Source: Chitinispirillaceae bacterium (lineage in GTDB: Bacteria > Fibrobacterota > Chitinivibrionia > Chitinivibrionales > Chitinispirillaceae). From it: DNA of 64,000 nt. The notes under the pieces are model-generated. The model was not told the DNA's origin and searched no databases. It saw nothing but the letters and a program-made list of their open reading frames with translations. The stretch lies in NCBI GenBank assembly GCA_016930275.1, contig JAFGHA010000127.1, positions 500 to 64,499 on the forward strand, given 5' to 3'. The position numbers and the translations under genes are program-made. Shown piece after piece: positions 47,933 to 58,158 of the stretch; within the stretch, counting starts at the first letter, position 1; each line of letters opens with the position of its first letter.

Positions 47933-49753
47933 TTAATTTTTCAATGGACTGTATTCTTTACCGCCACCTTTGAATTCAAGGTTGCCGTAAAATTCAACAA
48001 ATGTCAATCGTAACGGATGCACGAACGATCCCAGACCGGACAGCAGCAGATTCCCCACATGACCGATCACCAGAAAGAGAATGCAGGCAATCCAGCCGAC
48101 ATACTTGATACCCGCCATCTGGAATCCGATATCATTAATGACATATCCCAGAATTCCCGAAGATAATCCCAGAGCGAACAACCGGATATACGACAGAATA
48201 TCGCCCACGGCGCCCGACAGCGTGAAATACAGTTTCAGAACCAGGCTCACCATCCTGTTATCCATCAACTGTTCCATCCCGGCAATGAGCACCGCATAGA
48301 CCATTACGACCGTTCCGATAATAAGAGCGGGTATCGCGAATTGTACCAGTGGTTTGACCGGTGCAAAATTCTGATAGAGCGCCAGAAAGAGAATGATCAG
48401 GCTGTCGATTATCAGCAACTTTGCGACTGCCGGAAGAGAATGTTTGAACGAGCCGAACAGCAATCGATTGGCGATGTTGGTGACAATACCGACATTGATC
48501 TGAATGACTCCCAACAATAGCGCAAAGTTGAACGGATCAATGGATTGACCGTTTTTAATGACGATGAACCGACTTAAATATGCAAACAGCGGAATATTCT
48601 GTTTTTCAAGTATGGTGATACCGAAAACCGTCCCGCTGTTGACAATACCCATAATTAAAGTGGAAAAACCGAGAATCAATCCGAACACCGTTAACGGCCG
48701 CACCGTTTTCGGCAGCTTCAGAAAAGCAATCAGCGAAGCGATTATAATAATGAGTGCATATCCCGCATCACCGAGACAGGTACCGAAAAAAATCGCATAA
48801 AAGGGAGCGACAAACGCCGTCGGATCAAGTTCCCGGTAATTGGGCAACTGAAACAGTCTGATAACCGTTTCAAATTTCTGAAAGAACGCATTGTTCTTCA
48901 ATAAAATCGGTACCGCATCCTGTTCCGATGGAGCAAGTATTTCAAACCAGACAGTTTTTTTATTCAGAAACGAGCGTAGTTGTCCCTCTCTGGAGGCTGG
49001 AAGCCATCCGGTTAGAAATACAATTTTTCCTCCCGCCGCCGATTCGAAACTTGTTCGTGCACGCTCAAAACGTTCATCAAGTTCCATTTTATCAATTGCC
49101 GCTGAAAGAATTCCACAAAATGGGACGAGTGCGTTTATTTCCGCGGATATCGCGTTTATGCTCTTCTCAAGTTCCGTAATCTCGTTTATCAATGCCTTCA
49201 GCGATTGCATCGGCAGGGAAATCTCATCAGCATCGATAACGGAAGTGGCGTTTTCCCTCTCAAATACAATGAACCGGATTTTATTTCCTGAATGCACCTT
49301 CTCATAGGTGATATCCGTAAAATCCAGCTGTGGGAATTTTTTCAATCCCGTTTCAAAAAAACGCAGGGTAATACCGGCACTTCTCAATTTTTCAATCAGG
49401 GTCGGATTAAAGTCACCCCATGGTGTAAGTACCGCAATATCCTTCTGGAGAGCACTGATTTTCTGCTGAATTTCATCCCGTTTCTGTTCGAGCGTTTCAA
49501 ATTGCTTTATAATATCCGATGCCTCTTTACCGGAAGGGACCGGTGCAAGGCTCTTCTTCACCATTCCTTCTAGTGCATGGTGAACGCTGCGGTACTGTTT
49601 GATTTTTGCGCCAATCTGTTCCAGATTGTCCGAGCGATTTTCATTGACACGCTCCTCGACATGGACAATACCGACACGTGCGAGATCCTCGAGAAACGTT
49701 TCGCGATCAGCAGCCGGCAGCAGTAGGTGCAGTTTCTTCATTTGTACTACCAT
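47933..49753 (-). CDS. ntpI: V-type ATPase subunit I (a-subunit, stator/ion channel)
   Basis: 606 aa. Soluble coiled N-terminal half plus a polytopic C-terminal half ending in RLFALGLSSG and HPLRLTFVEF motifs. Confidence 0.88.
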   Translation of the reverse strand: MVVQMKKLHLLLPAADRETFLEDLARVGIVHVEERVNENRSDNLEQIGAKIKQYRSVHHALEGMVKKSLAPVPSGKEASDIIKQFETLEQKRDEIQQKISALQKDIAVLTPWGDFNPTLIEKLRSAGITLRFFETGLKKFPQLDFTDITYEKVHSGNKIRFIVFERENATSVIDADEISLPMQSLKALINEITELEKSINAISAEINALVPFCGILSAAIDKMELDERFERARTSFESAAGGKIVFLTGWLPASREGQLRSFLNKKTVWFEILAPSEQDAVPILLKNNAFFQKFETVIRLFQLPNYRELDPTAFVAPFYAIFFGTCLGDAGYALIIIIASLIAFLKLPKTVRPLTVFGLILGFSTLIMGIVNSGTVFGITILEKQNIPLFAYLSRFIVIKNGQSIDPFNFALLLGVIQINVGIVTNIANRLLFGSFKHSLPAVAKLLIIDSLIILFLALYQNFAPVKPLVQFAIPALIIGTVVMVYAVLIAGMEQLMDNRMVSLVLKLYFTLSGAVGDILSYIRLFALGLSSGILGYVINDIGFQMAGIKYVGWIACILFLVIGHVGNLLLSGLGSFVHPLRLTFVEFYGNLEFKGGGKEYSPLKN

Positions 49754-50352
49754 TACGCAGCCTCCGCGGCGATTTTCTCTTTTAGTATCTTCTGAGACGA
49801 TTTGGAGAGGTTGTCTTCATCCTCCATGAATCGCTTGATTTTACGGATCGCTTCCCGATATTCCGGAATCTGCACCTTTTCGTACAGATTCACCTTCTGC
49901 GTGGTTTTTTTCCGGGCGTATTCAAGAATTTCCACTTTTCTTTTCGCAAGCTCCGCTTCAATTTTCAACTGGGCAATCGTCTTGAGCGTTTCGATTCCTC
50001 CGGGCAGCCAGGCGGGTTGCAGAAAAGCGCTGTAGCGTTCCACGGTGAAGAGCACCTTCTGCAGTATGGGCGTTTTCACCCCGGCGATTTTTTTAACGTC
50101 AACCTGCACATCCTTCACCGAGACGAGGTTCTTCGGAAACTCGCTCCAGAAACGGAATGTCTCACGTTGCGCATCATACGTCCGGGTGAGCTGTTCTTCC
50201 AACGTAACGACCGATTCCCGCGCCTTTTTCACCTCGACACGGAGCGCCGACTCCTTCGCCACCAGTGTAGGGAGTGCGTTTTCACGGACTTTAAGCCCCT
50301 TGCCGAGTTGCTGAAGAAACGTTTTATTATACTGAAACTTTATTGCCATCAC
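49753..50352 (-). CDS. ntpD: V-type ATPase subunit D (central stalk)
   Basis: 199-aa coiled-coil protein between B and I. TAATG overlap with the subunit I start. Confidence 0.8.
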   Translation of the reverse strand: MMAIKFQYNKTFLQQLGKGLKVRENALPTLVAKESALRVEVKKARESVVTLEEQLTRTYDAQRETFRFWSEFPKNLVSVKDVQVDVKKIAGVKTPILQKVLFTVERYSAFLQPAWLPGGIETLKTIAQLKIEAELAKRKVEILEYARKKTTQKVNLYEKVQIPEYREAIRKIKRFMEDEDNLSKSSQKILKEKIAAEAA

Positions 50353-50398
50353 CGTACTCCGACGTCTGCGGCCGGTTTTCCTCCGGCTGAAGTGTTAA

Positions 50399-51727
50399 TC
50401 AACCTGCGGAACCGACCCAGTATTTATCCATGAATTCCTGTTTGATACCGACTTCGTCTTTGCTGAAATATTTGCCGAACAACTGCCAGCCGGTATCGAG
50501 CATCTTGTCAATTTCTATATTGATATCGATGGCGAGCAGTTCCCGCGAATACTCTTTGGCAAAGTCAAGCGTACGACGGTCGTATTCGGTCAGATCGAAA
50601 CCGTTGTCGAGCTTGGTGCGGGCATTCGCCGCATCGGCGTAGAGACGTACCGCGGTATTCATCACCTGCGGATGATCTTTTCTTGTCTTTTTTCCGATCA
50701 CCAGCTGTTTCAGGCGTGACAAGCTTCGGAACGGGTCGATGACCACCTTCGCGATATCGGTATCACGACGCAGGTAGAGTTGCCCCTCGGTGATGTACCC
50801 GGTGTTGTCGGGGATCGCATGGGTAATATCACCGCCCGAAAGCGTGGTAACGGCGATAATCGTTATCGAACCGCCGTCGGGAAATTGCGCGGCTTTTTCG
50901 TAGATTTTCGCGAGGTCACTGTAGAGCGATCCCGGCATACTGTCCTTCGACGGAATCTGGTCCATACGGTTCGACACGATCGACAGCGCATCGGCAAAGA
51001 GCGTCATGTCGGTGAGAAGACAGAGTACCTTCGCTTTATGATTGACCGCGAAATATTCCGATGTGGTAAGTGCCATGTCGGGAACCAGCAGACGTTCCAC
51101 CGGCGGATTATCGGTCGTGTTGATGAAAGCGACAATCCGGTCGAGTGCCCCGGCATTGTCGAACAGTGTTTTGTAGTACAGATAATCATCATTGCTCATT
51201 CCCATACCGCCCAGAACGATCACATCTGCCTGTGCCCGGAGCGCCACCGTCGCCATTACTTGATTGAACGGCTGATCCGGATCGGCAAAAAACGGGATCT
51301 TCTGACCGGTAACCAGAGTGTTGTTCAGATCGATTCCGGCGATTCCGGTTGCAATCAGTTCGGAGGGCTGCTTACGACGGACAGGATTCACCGACGGGCC
51401 ACCGATTTCAACCTCTTCGCCTTCAACCTGTGGCCCCCCGTCAATCGGCTCGCCATAGGCATTGAAAAAACGTCCTTTGAGTTCATTTCCCACCTTGAGT
51501 GTCGGCGGTTTTCCGAGGAATACCACTTCTGCATTGGTGGCGATTCCCTGGGTACCCGGGAAAATCTGCAACGTAACTCTGTTGCCGGCGATTTTCACCA
51601 CCTGCGCCGGACGACCGTCAACCGTTGCCATCTCCTCGTTCGAGACTCCTTCTGCCTCCACGAGGCATGTCGCCTTCGTTACGTTCTCGATATGCGTATA
51701 GATTTTCTGAAATGCTTTCGTCTTCAT
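50399..51727 (-). CDS. ntpB: V-type ATPase subunit B
   Basis: Start at MKTKAFQKIY (51727). GQKIPFFADPDQPFN, PSKDSMPGSLYSDLAKIYEKA, ITEGQLYLRRD. Confidence 0.95.
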   Translation of the reverse strand: MKTKAFQKIYTHIENVTKATCLVEAEGVSNEEMATVDGRPAQVVKIAGNRVTLQIFPGTQGIATNAEVVFLGKPPTLKVGNELKGRFFNAYGEPIDGGPQVEGEEVEIGGPSVNPVRRKQPSELIATGIAGIDLNNTLVTGQKIPFFADPDQPFNQVMATVALRAQADVIVLGGMGMSNDDYLYYKTLFDNAGALDRIVAFINTTDNPPVERLLVPDMALTTSEYFAVNHKAKVLCLLTDMTLFADALSIVSNRMDQIPSKDSMPGSLYSDLAKIYEKAAQFPDGGSITIIAVTTLSGGDITHAIPDNTGYITEGQLYLRRDTDIAKVVIDPFRSLSRLKQLVIGKKTRKDHPQVMNTAVRLYADAANARTKLDNGFDLTEYDRRTLDFAKEYSRELLAIDINIEIDKMLDTGWQLFGKYFSKDEVGIKQEFMDKYWVGSAG

Positions 51728-51740
51728 GTAGTGGTTCCCT

Positions 51741-53528
51741 TCAGTTTGCCGCCGCGGTCTGAGGTTCATGTTCCGATACGACCCGTTCGGAAAGCAGCGT
51801 ATCGATTTCCTTCTCCAACGATTTGAAATCGGCTGATTCGAACTCTTTATAATTCATCTGTTTGAACAGGTTGATCATTTTCTTGAAATAGGCACCGATC
51901 TCTTCGAAGTGCTCGAATGAAAACTGGCTGTCGCAGATCGAAAGCAGTTTGTTGACAATATACTGTTGTCGCTTGAGCGGTGTCGATGCATCGACTTTGT
52001 CGAATGCATCCTGCTGCAGGATAACAAAGTCGATCAGTTCCGACTTGTTGAAGGTGATGTGATATTCGATCGGTACTCCGTCATCACCGAGGATATTGAT
52101 CTGGTCATTGGCTTCCTTGCCCCGCAGCAGCGTATCCTTGAGCTTCATCACCTTGTCGGCCCAGCCGGTCTCGATCGTTGTATCGAGGTACTCCATCACC
52201 TCCGGGTATTCGAGATACTTCGAATAGCTGTCGATCGGGTCGACCGCGGGATACCGTTTTGAATCGGCGCGGTTCTGTGACAGGGCGTAGAAACAGCGCG
52301 CCGCTTTTTTGGTCGATTCGGTAACCGGTTCCTTGAGGTTCCCTCCGGCGGGGCTGACCGTACCGATGAAGGTGATGGATCCGGTTTCACCGTTGCTCAG
52401 ATTGACAAATCCTGCACGGGAATAGAAGTTCGCCACGATCGCACTGAGATCCATCGGGAAGGCGTCGGGGCCGGGAAGTTCCTCCATGCGGTTCGACATT
52501 TCCCGCAGAGCCTGCGCCCAGCGGGAAGTGGAATCGGCAAGCAGCAGCACCTTGAGACCCATCGACCGATAGTACTCGGCAATAGTCATACCGGTATACA
52601 CGCTCGCTTCACGGGCGGCAACCGGCATGTTCGAGGTGTTGCAGATGATGATCGTCCGTTCCATAAGCTTGCGGCCGGTACGCGGATCGTCGAGTTCCGG
52701 AAATTCCGTGAAGATTTCAACCACCTCGTTGGCACGCTCACCGCAGGCCACGACGATGATCAGATCGGATTCCGCATATTTCGACAGCGCGTGCTGCAAT
52801 ACCGTTTTTCCGCAACCGAACGGTCCGGGAATGAATCCGGTTCCCCCTTCGACAATCGGATTGAGGGTATCGATCGTGCGTTGTCCGGTTTCCATAATTT
52901 TGAAAGGACGCGGCTTGTTTTTATACGCCTTCACTTCAACCTTCACCGGCCAGCGCATTGTCATGGTGATCTCACGATCATTTCCGTCGGCATCGGTAAC
53001 CACCGCAATTGGATCATCAGTCGTATAGTCTCCTTCGGCAACTATCGATTTTACCGTACCGCTACCCTTGTAATTAAACGGCATCATGATTTTGTGATCA
53101 ATCCATCCCTCTTTCACCTTGCCGATCCAGTCACCTGCGGCAACCGTGGCGCCTGTTTCGACAAGAGGGATAAGGTGCCATTTCGTATCGCTGTCGAGTG
53201 CCGGAGTGTATTCACCCCGTTTGAGGAAAACACCGTCCATTTTATTGAGATCATTCTGCAGGCCGTCGTAATTTTTCGACAGCATCCCCGGACCCAGTGT
53301 GACTTCAAGCAGGTGTCCGGTGAATTCCGCTTCACAACCGACGTAGAGACCGCGGGTACTTTCGAACACCTGAACGAATGCGTTTTTACCGGTTATTTTG
53401 ATAACCTCGGCCATCAGCTTCGTTCCACTCAGATCGATGTAACAGATCTCATTCTGAGCAACCGGACCATCGACCTCGATAGTGACCAGGTTCGCGACAA
53501 TGCCGACCACTTTACCCTTGGTGCTCAT
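51741..53528 (-). CDS. ntpA: V-type ATPase catalytic subunit A
   Basis: Walker A GPFGCGKTV, VACGERANEV, LLLADSTSRWAQALREMS, and a non-homologous insert typical of A subunits. Confidence 0.95.
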   Translation of the reverse strand: MSTKGKVVGIVANLVTIEVDGPVAQNEICYIDLSGTKLMAEVIKITGKNAFVQVFESTRGLYVGCEAEFTGHLLEVTLGPGMLSKNYDGLQNDLNKMDGVFLKRGEYTPALDSDTKWHLIPLVETGATVAAGDWIGKVKEGWIDHKIMMPFNYKGSGTVKSIVAEGDYTTDDPIAVVTDADGNDREITMTMRWPVKVEVKAYKNKPRPFKIMETGQRTIDTLNPIVEGGTGFIPGPFGCGKTVLQHALSKYAESDLIIVVACGERANEVVEIFTEFPELDDPRTGRKLMERTIIICNTSNMPVAAREASVYTGMTIAEYYRSMGLKVLLLADSTSRWAQALREMSNRMEELPGPDAFPMDLSAIVANFYSRAGFVNLSNGETGSITFIGTVSPAGGNLKEPVTESTKKAARCFYALSQNRADSKRYPAVDPIDSYSKYLEYPEVMEYLDTTIETGWADKVMKLKDTLLRGKEANDQINILGDDGVPIEYHITFNKSELIDFVILQQDAFDKVDASTPLKRQQYIVNKLLSICDSQFSFEHFEEIGAYFKKMINLFKQMNYKEFESADFKSLEKEIDTLLSERVVSEHEPQTAAAN

Positions 53529-53576
53529 TGTTTTCCTCCAAAATGTATACAGTGTATCTTGTTTCAGTTTTCACGA

Positions 53577-54434
53577 TCAGAAAATCGCCGGTACGGAATA
53601 CGATGCCTTCAGCTCTTCGAGCAACCGGTCGAGCTGTTCCTTCCCGGTTGCCGGATCGAGTGCGAGCCAGCGTTCAACAACAGTCAACTTGATGAAATTG
53701 GCGAATACCGTCTCCGCTCTGAAATGCGAATCGACGGTTATTTCACTGAGGAATTCCCAGCGCAGCAGATCAATTCCCTTCTCGAATTCCTGCAAAGAAC
53801 CGCGGGAGAGTGCAAAGAGCCGATCCGCCCACGGCACTATCGCCGATAATCCGAAATCCGGTGCATTCGAGCGCAGCAGGGCTTCGGCCACCTCATCACG
53901 CCCCACGATCACCGCCGAAATCGCCTTGTCACGTTCGGTGGCGAGCGTTTCAAGATGCGCTAACTCTTTTCGGCAGTTGATACCCGCAATGCTGTTGCGC
54001 AACTGTAGTTCGAACGTGTACCATTCACGGATGAAATCATTTTCCTGCCGTGCCATACTTTCATAAAAAAACCAGGCAAGCTGATCGGCGGGGACAAGTC
54101 CCGGCGCCGGAGAACGGTTCTCCTGAAATGCCTCGAGGAACCGCAGCATATGGGTCGGCAGTTCATCGGGAAATTTAAGCCCCGCAGCGAGCGTTTCTTC
54201 ACTTATGGATCCTCTGGTATCGAACAGTTTTCCCGTTTTCAGAAGGAGCGACAACAGGTTCTGATTATCATATGGTAAACGGAGCAGATTCAGGAGCCGG
54301 AGGTCGGCACCGTCAAGCTGTTCCACCGCCTCTTCCAGAAAATCAATGCAGGAAAGTGGCTGTTTCCCCTCATCGAGGAGCAGGTCCGGCAATCCGGCAA
54401 CCAGATAGTAATAATTACTGGTCATGACCGTCAC
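53577..54434 (-). CDS. DUF2764-like protein (presumed C/d-subunit analog of FCB-type V-ATPase operons)
   Basis: N-terminus SNYYYLVAGLPDLLLDE, and a position between E and A as in Bacteroidota-type operons. The assignment rests partly on synteny. Confidence 0.6.
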   Translation of the reverse strand: MTVMTSNYYYLVAGLPDLLLDEGKQPLSCIDFLEEAVEQLDGADLRLLNLLRLPYDNQNLLSLLLKTGKLFDTRGSISEETLAAGLKFPDELPTHMLRFLEAFQENRSPAPGLVPADQLAWFFYESMARQENDFIREWYTFELQLRNSIAGINCRKELAHLETLATERDKAISAVIVGRDEVAEALLRSNAPDFGLSAIVPWADRLFALSRGSLQEFEKGIDLLRWEFLSEITVDSHFRAETVFANFIKLTVVERWLALDPATGKEQLDRLLEELKASYSVPAIF

Positions 54435-55042
54435 TCACCGAACAGCCAGGTCCGTGTTTTCGGCCGGAGGTATTCCTTGAAAAACTCCGCAAAATCCTCG
54501 TCGGAAAGACTGATTTTAAACGAACCGTCCTGTGGTCCGATACGGAAACCAGCTTTGAGCGTTTTCGAAAAGGAGAGAAAGACTCCTTTTTTCAGGAGAT
54601 CCGAACCGCCTTTCTGAAATGCTTTCTGCAGCTCATCCTGCTTCTGCGCAGGAAGGAGTACCTCAAGCCGGGGCACTTCGTTACCCATTTTCCAGTTCTG
54701 TACCACCAGGGCAACGAACTCCTTGATGGTTGCGGGATCGGAAAGCGATGCAGTCATACTCTCATCAACGGTTCCCGCCGTAACGAGATCAAGTATCTGC
54801 TGTTTGATCGCCGAAAGCGCCTGAGTGCCACTGAGACGGATTTCAGCCTCGGTATTCCGCTTGAGTTCAGCTGACTGCTGCCCGGCATCGGCAACAATCT
54901 TTTCCGCCTGTTTTTTCGCATCGGTAATGATGCCGGCTGCTTTCTCCTGTGCAGCGGCGATGATCTTCTTTGCCTCCGCCTCTCCTTTTTCAACGCCTTC
55001 CTGATAGATCTTCGCGGTCAGTTCCTGGATTTTCTGTTCCAT
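54431..55042 (-). CDS. ntpE: V-type ATPase subunit E (peripheral stalk)
   Basis: N-terminal long helix IQELTAKIYQEGVEKGEAEAKKIIAAAQEKA...AEKIV plus a globular C-terminus. First gene of the operon. Confidence 0.8.
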   Translation of the reverse strand: MEQKIQELTAKIYQEGVEKGEAEAKKIIAAAQEKAAGIITDAKKQAEKIVADAGQQSAELKRNTEAEIRLSGTQALSAIKQQILDLVTAGTVDESMTASLSDPATIKEFVALVVQNWKMGNEVPRLEVLLPAQKQDELQKAFQKGGSDLLKKGVFLSFSKTLKAGFRIGPQDGSFKISLSDEDFAEFFKEYLRPKTRTWLFGE

Positions 55043-55486
55043 CGGTTTTCCCCTGAATGGATGTATGAAAAATGTATTTGTATATCCGGAAAAAAATACC
55101 CTTTGTTAAACGGGTAGCATAATCTGAAATACAAGCGGTTAAAATCCGTTGTTTATGCATATCGGAACGAATTTTCAATATACTTCCGTTACATATTGAA
55201 TGCAATCGGGATGTATGCCCGAAACCTGATTCAAGCTTGCAATTCTACCATTCTGATGAACCCTATGCAACCAGTAACAACAATGTCGGATTTCATTACT
55301 TTTCACAAAAATTTCAGCAGTAACAACGCTCCCCGGATCGGTTGAAATCTGCAGAAACAGTTCCACCCGGAAAAATTGTCTTCGACCTGTTCGATACAGG
55401 CATCAGTGTGATAAATTTCACTTCCCCGGCAATTATTTTACGTTGAACAGGTATCCATTTCTTCTGATTTTCAAACGGAGTTTCCG

Positions 55487-56545
55487 ATGAAAAAAATTCT
55501 TCTCACCGGCGGAGGTACCGCCGGCCATGTCACTCCCAATATCGCTTTGCTGCCCCGATTGCGCGAGGCCGGATTCGCGATCGAATATGTCGGAACCCGG
55601 ACCGGGATTGAATACGGTCTCATACAAAAGGAGAACCTGCCCTTCCATACGATAACCGCCGGAAAACTCCGCCGATATTTTGATCTGAAAAATATCTCTG
55701 ATCTCTTCCGCATCGCACTCGGCCTGCTGCAGGCAATCGGTATTCTCCTCCGAAGCAGGCCGGATGTCGTATTCAGTAAAGGAGGATTCGTTTCCTGCCC
55801 CGTTGTATGGGCTGCATGGCTTCTGAAAATTCCCGCAGTCATTCACGAATCCGATATCACTCCCGGACTGGCGAACAAGTTGTCGCTCCCCTTTGCGCGG
55901 AAGATATGCTACAGTTTTCCCGAAACCGCTTCGCATGTCGACGGAATGAAATCCGTGCATACCGGTCTTCCGGTGCGTGCATCACTGCTTGCCGGAAGTG
56001 CCGAAAAAGGCCTTGAACTCTGCGGATTTACGAAAGACAAACCGGTGGTCCTCGTGATGGGAGGAAGCCAGGGATCGGTTGCGGTGAATTCCGCCGTCCG
56101 TAATGCTCTTCCGGCAATCACCCGTGATTTCAACCTGTGTCATCTTTGCGGAAAGGGCAACCTCGGCCCGGAGGCATCCTCCTATTACCAGTTTGAGTAT
56201 GTTTCGGATGAGCTGCCGCATCTTCTGGCTGCGACCACGCTGTTTGTCGGCAGGTCCGGTGCGACCACCCTCTTCGAATTGCTCGCCCTTAAAAAACCCT
56301 CACTGCTCATTCCGCTCTCCACCGGTGCGAGCAGAGGCGACCAGATCCTTAACGCGCGGTCTTTTGAGAAACAGGGATTCTGTGAAGTGCTTCCGCAGGA
56401 GGAATTGACGGAAGATGCTTTGACCACCGGGATACAACGCGTTTTCTCACGTCGGCAGGAGATTATCGGAGCGATTGAACGGGGTCATCTCCCCGATGGT
56501 ACTGCGGCAGTAACTGAAATATTGAAGGAAATTGCGGGGAATTGA
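55487..56545 (+). CDS. murG: UDP-GlcNAc:lipid I N-acetylglucosaminyltransferase MurG
   Basis: KILLTGGGTAGHVTPNIAL, VMGGSQGS, RSGATTLFELLALKKPSLLIPL, and RGDQILNA motifs. Confidence 0.92.
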   Translation: MKKILLTGGGTAGHVTPNIALLPRLREAGFAIEYVGTRTGIEYGLIQKENLPFHTITAGKLRRYFDLKNISDLFRIALGLLQAIGILLRSRPDVVFSKGGFVSCPVVWAAWLLKIPAVIHESDITPGLANKLSLPFARKICYSFPETASHVDGMKSVHTGLPVRASLLAGSAEKGLELCGFTKDKPVVLVMGGSQGSVAVNSAVRNALPAITRDFNLCHLCGKGNLGPEASSYYQFEYVSDELPHLLAATTLFVGRSGATTLFELLALKKPSLLIPLSTGASRGDQILNARSFEKQGFCEVLPQEELTEDALTTGIQRVFSRRQEIIGAIERGHLPDGTAAVTEILKEIAGN

Positions 56546-56843
56546 CTCACAGTGGTTGTTCCGGCAGCCGGAGTGCGGGATACAGCGCAGTCGTTTTCAA
56601 TAACGGGAGTAATGCTATTGAGCACTTCAGAAAAACCTGGAAAAATATCAATGCGGTTATTCTCGACCTTGTCTTGCCCGATCAGAGCGGTCGTGAGGTT
56701 TTTTCGGCGCTTAAAGAGATCAATCCCCCCTGAATGTTCTTCTTCATTCGGGATAAGCCCGCGACCAGAGTATTCAGGAAATAATTGATGACGGTGCAGA
56801 AGGATTCATGCAGAAACCTTTTTATCAGCGAAACATTTCTTGA
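56545..56843 (+). pseudogene. Decayed response-regulator receiver (REC) domain relic
   Basis: GYSAVVFNNGSNAIEHF...AVILDLVLPDQSGREVFSALKEINPP breaks at a C6 run (56725-56730) with a -1 frame change. Then LNVLLHSG, an in-frame TAA (56754-56756), then ARDQSIQEIIDDGAEGFMQKPF. The N-terminal beta1/DD region is absent because the frame is closed at 56515. Confidence 0.6.
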
Positions 56844-57193
56844 AAACTCGCAACAATATGTGCGGAGTCCGGTTGAAATCCCAACTCCACCCATTGAAAT
56901 GCTGAAAAGGAAACCGGGACAGAACAATGCAGAGTTTTGCACAAAATTCCTAAATCGTCCCTGTTCAGTATTGATATTACGCCCTCTGAAAGCGGTATAA
57001 GTGGTAAAGCGCAGCACACCAGATAATACGCTAAGAAAAGGAAATGAAAATTCCCCGAAGCGGGACTTTTACGGATTACTTTATTAAAATTAACATCTTA
57101 CAAGCTCCTCTGCAGAGGGGGGTGTCCAGATCTAAAACCTGAAAAATAGCTTACCTGAACAGATACTGAATAATTTCGCCGGATAGAGCAGGA

Positions 57194-57859
57194 TCACGGT
57201 TTGGAGTGCTGTTTCCGGATACCGCGTAACGACCCGGAAGATTTTTCACCGATTCGTTCCAGTATATATACAGGTGCACCATGGAGTAGGGTCCGCTGTG
57301 GAAGCGAACATCCCTGAAGGTTGAATTGACGTCGAGATCGTTCTGGAACCGTGATGATTATAGCATGCTGTTTTCGCGGGATCCGGAGTACCGATGTTGT
57401 CGTATCACCAAGATAAGAGGGTTCGGGAAGTGCGGAAAGTGGTTTGAGTTCTGTTGAATCGGAAAGGGCTCCTTTGTATGAATTTATTCCCTGAGCCACG
57501 GAAGCCACCTGGGTGAAACCTTTTTCGACCAGAAAATTGGCCGCCTCCAGCGAGCGGTTTCCACTGCGACAGTACACCACAAGGGGCATATCCTGCGGAA
57601 GCTGGCTGTACCACTGTTGCAGGTTCCCGTCATTCCAGGACATATGATACGGTTTACAGTATCTCGAAGCGATTATCCCGCTTTCCACTTCAAAATCATC
57701 CCGTACATCGATGAGGATAAAATCAAAATCCACCGTATGATCGGTAATCATCTCCTGCAGGTTGTCGGCAGGCATTAATGTCACATCAGTCTGGGCACTT
57801 GTTGATTTTAACAGTAGTACCGAATATAACAGAAAAAATGAATAGGCTTCTCGTTTCAT
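57194..57859 (-). CDS. Secreted rhodanese-domain sulfurtransferase with a C-terminal sorting-like tail
   Basis: Signal peptide. Active-site loop VVYCRSGNRS. C-terminal FNLQGCSL...GAPVYILERIG tail. Confidence 0.8.
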   Translation of the reverse strand: MKREAYSFFLLYSVLLLKSTSAQTDVTLMPADNLQEMITDHTVDFDFILIDVRDDFEVESGIIASRYCKPYHMSWNDGNLQQWYSQLPQDMPLVVYCRSGNRSLEAANFLVEKGFTQVASVAQGINSYKGALSDSTELKPLSALPEPSYLGDTTTSVLRIPRKQHAIIITVPERSRRQFNLQGCSLPQRTLLHGAPVYILERIGEKSSGSLRGIRKQHSKP

Positions 57860-58158
57860 TCTTGTTTCATCCCCGGAAATAAGCCGTTGAAATCAAACAC
57901 TATTCCCTTTTCTGCTCTTGAAGAACATTAAAAACTGATAATTCCATTAAATTCCACACTATATTTATGATTAAAGTCGATATACGAATAAAAAGGTGGT
58001 TCATCGTTATACATTTATATTCATTACCCCTAAAATTGCGGTTATTTATTAAAAAATCTAAAATTAACAATATTTATCTCTTTAATGATCTTTAATATAC
58101 ACTTATAACCGTTAAAAAGTTCGGATATTGCTTTAACGGTTCTTAAGTGGAGAAAACA

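Noticed and set aside
50780-53849. Two very long plus-strand ORFs (50780..51826, 348 aa; 52791..53849, 352 aa)
   Set aside because: They lie antisense to the V-ATPase B and A genes, which have unmistakable Walker and signature motifs. The plus-strand translations are Arg/His/Cys-rich with no recognisable motifs. These are shadow ORFs.
55433-55960. 175-aa minus-strand ORF, plus the 123-aa ORF 55471..55842
   Set aside because: They are antisense to the well-supported murG 5' region and have no motifs.
56682-57017. 111-aa minus-strand ORF (and 64-aa ORF 56825..57019) in the murG-rhodanese gap
   Set aside because: It overlaps the REC-domain relic on the opposite strand and has a low-complexity, Phe/Arg/Cys-rich sequence. 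There is no start context and no similarity I can recognise.
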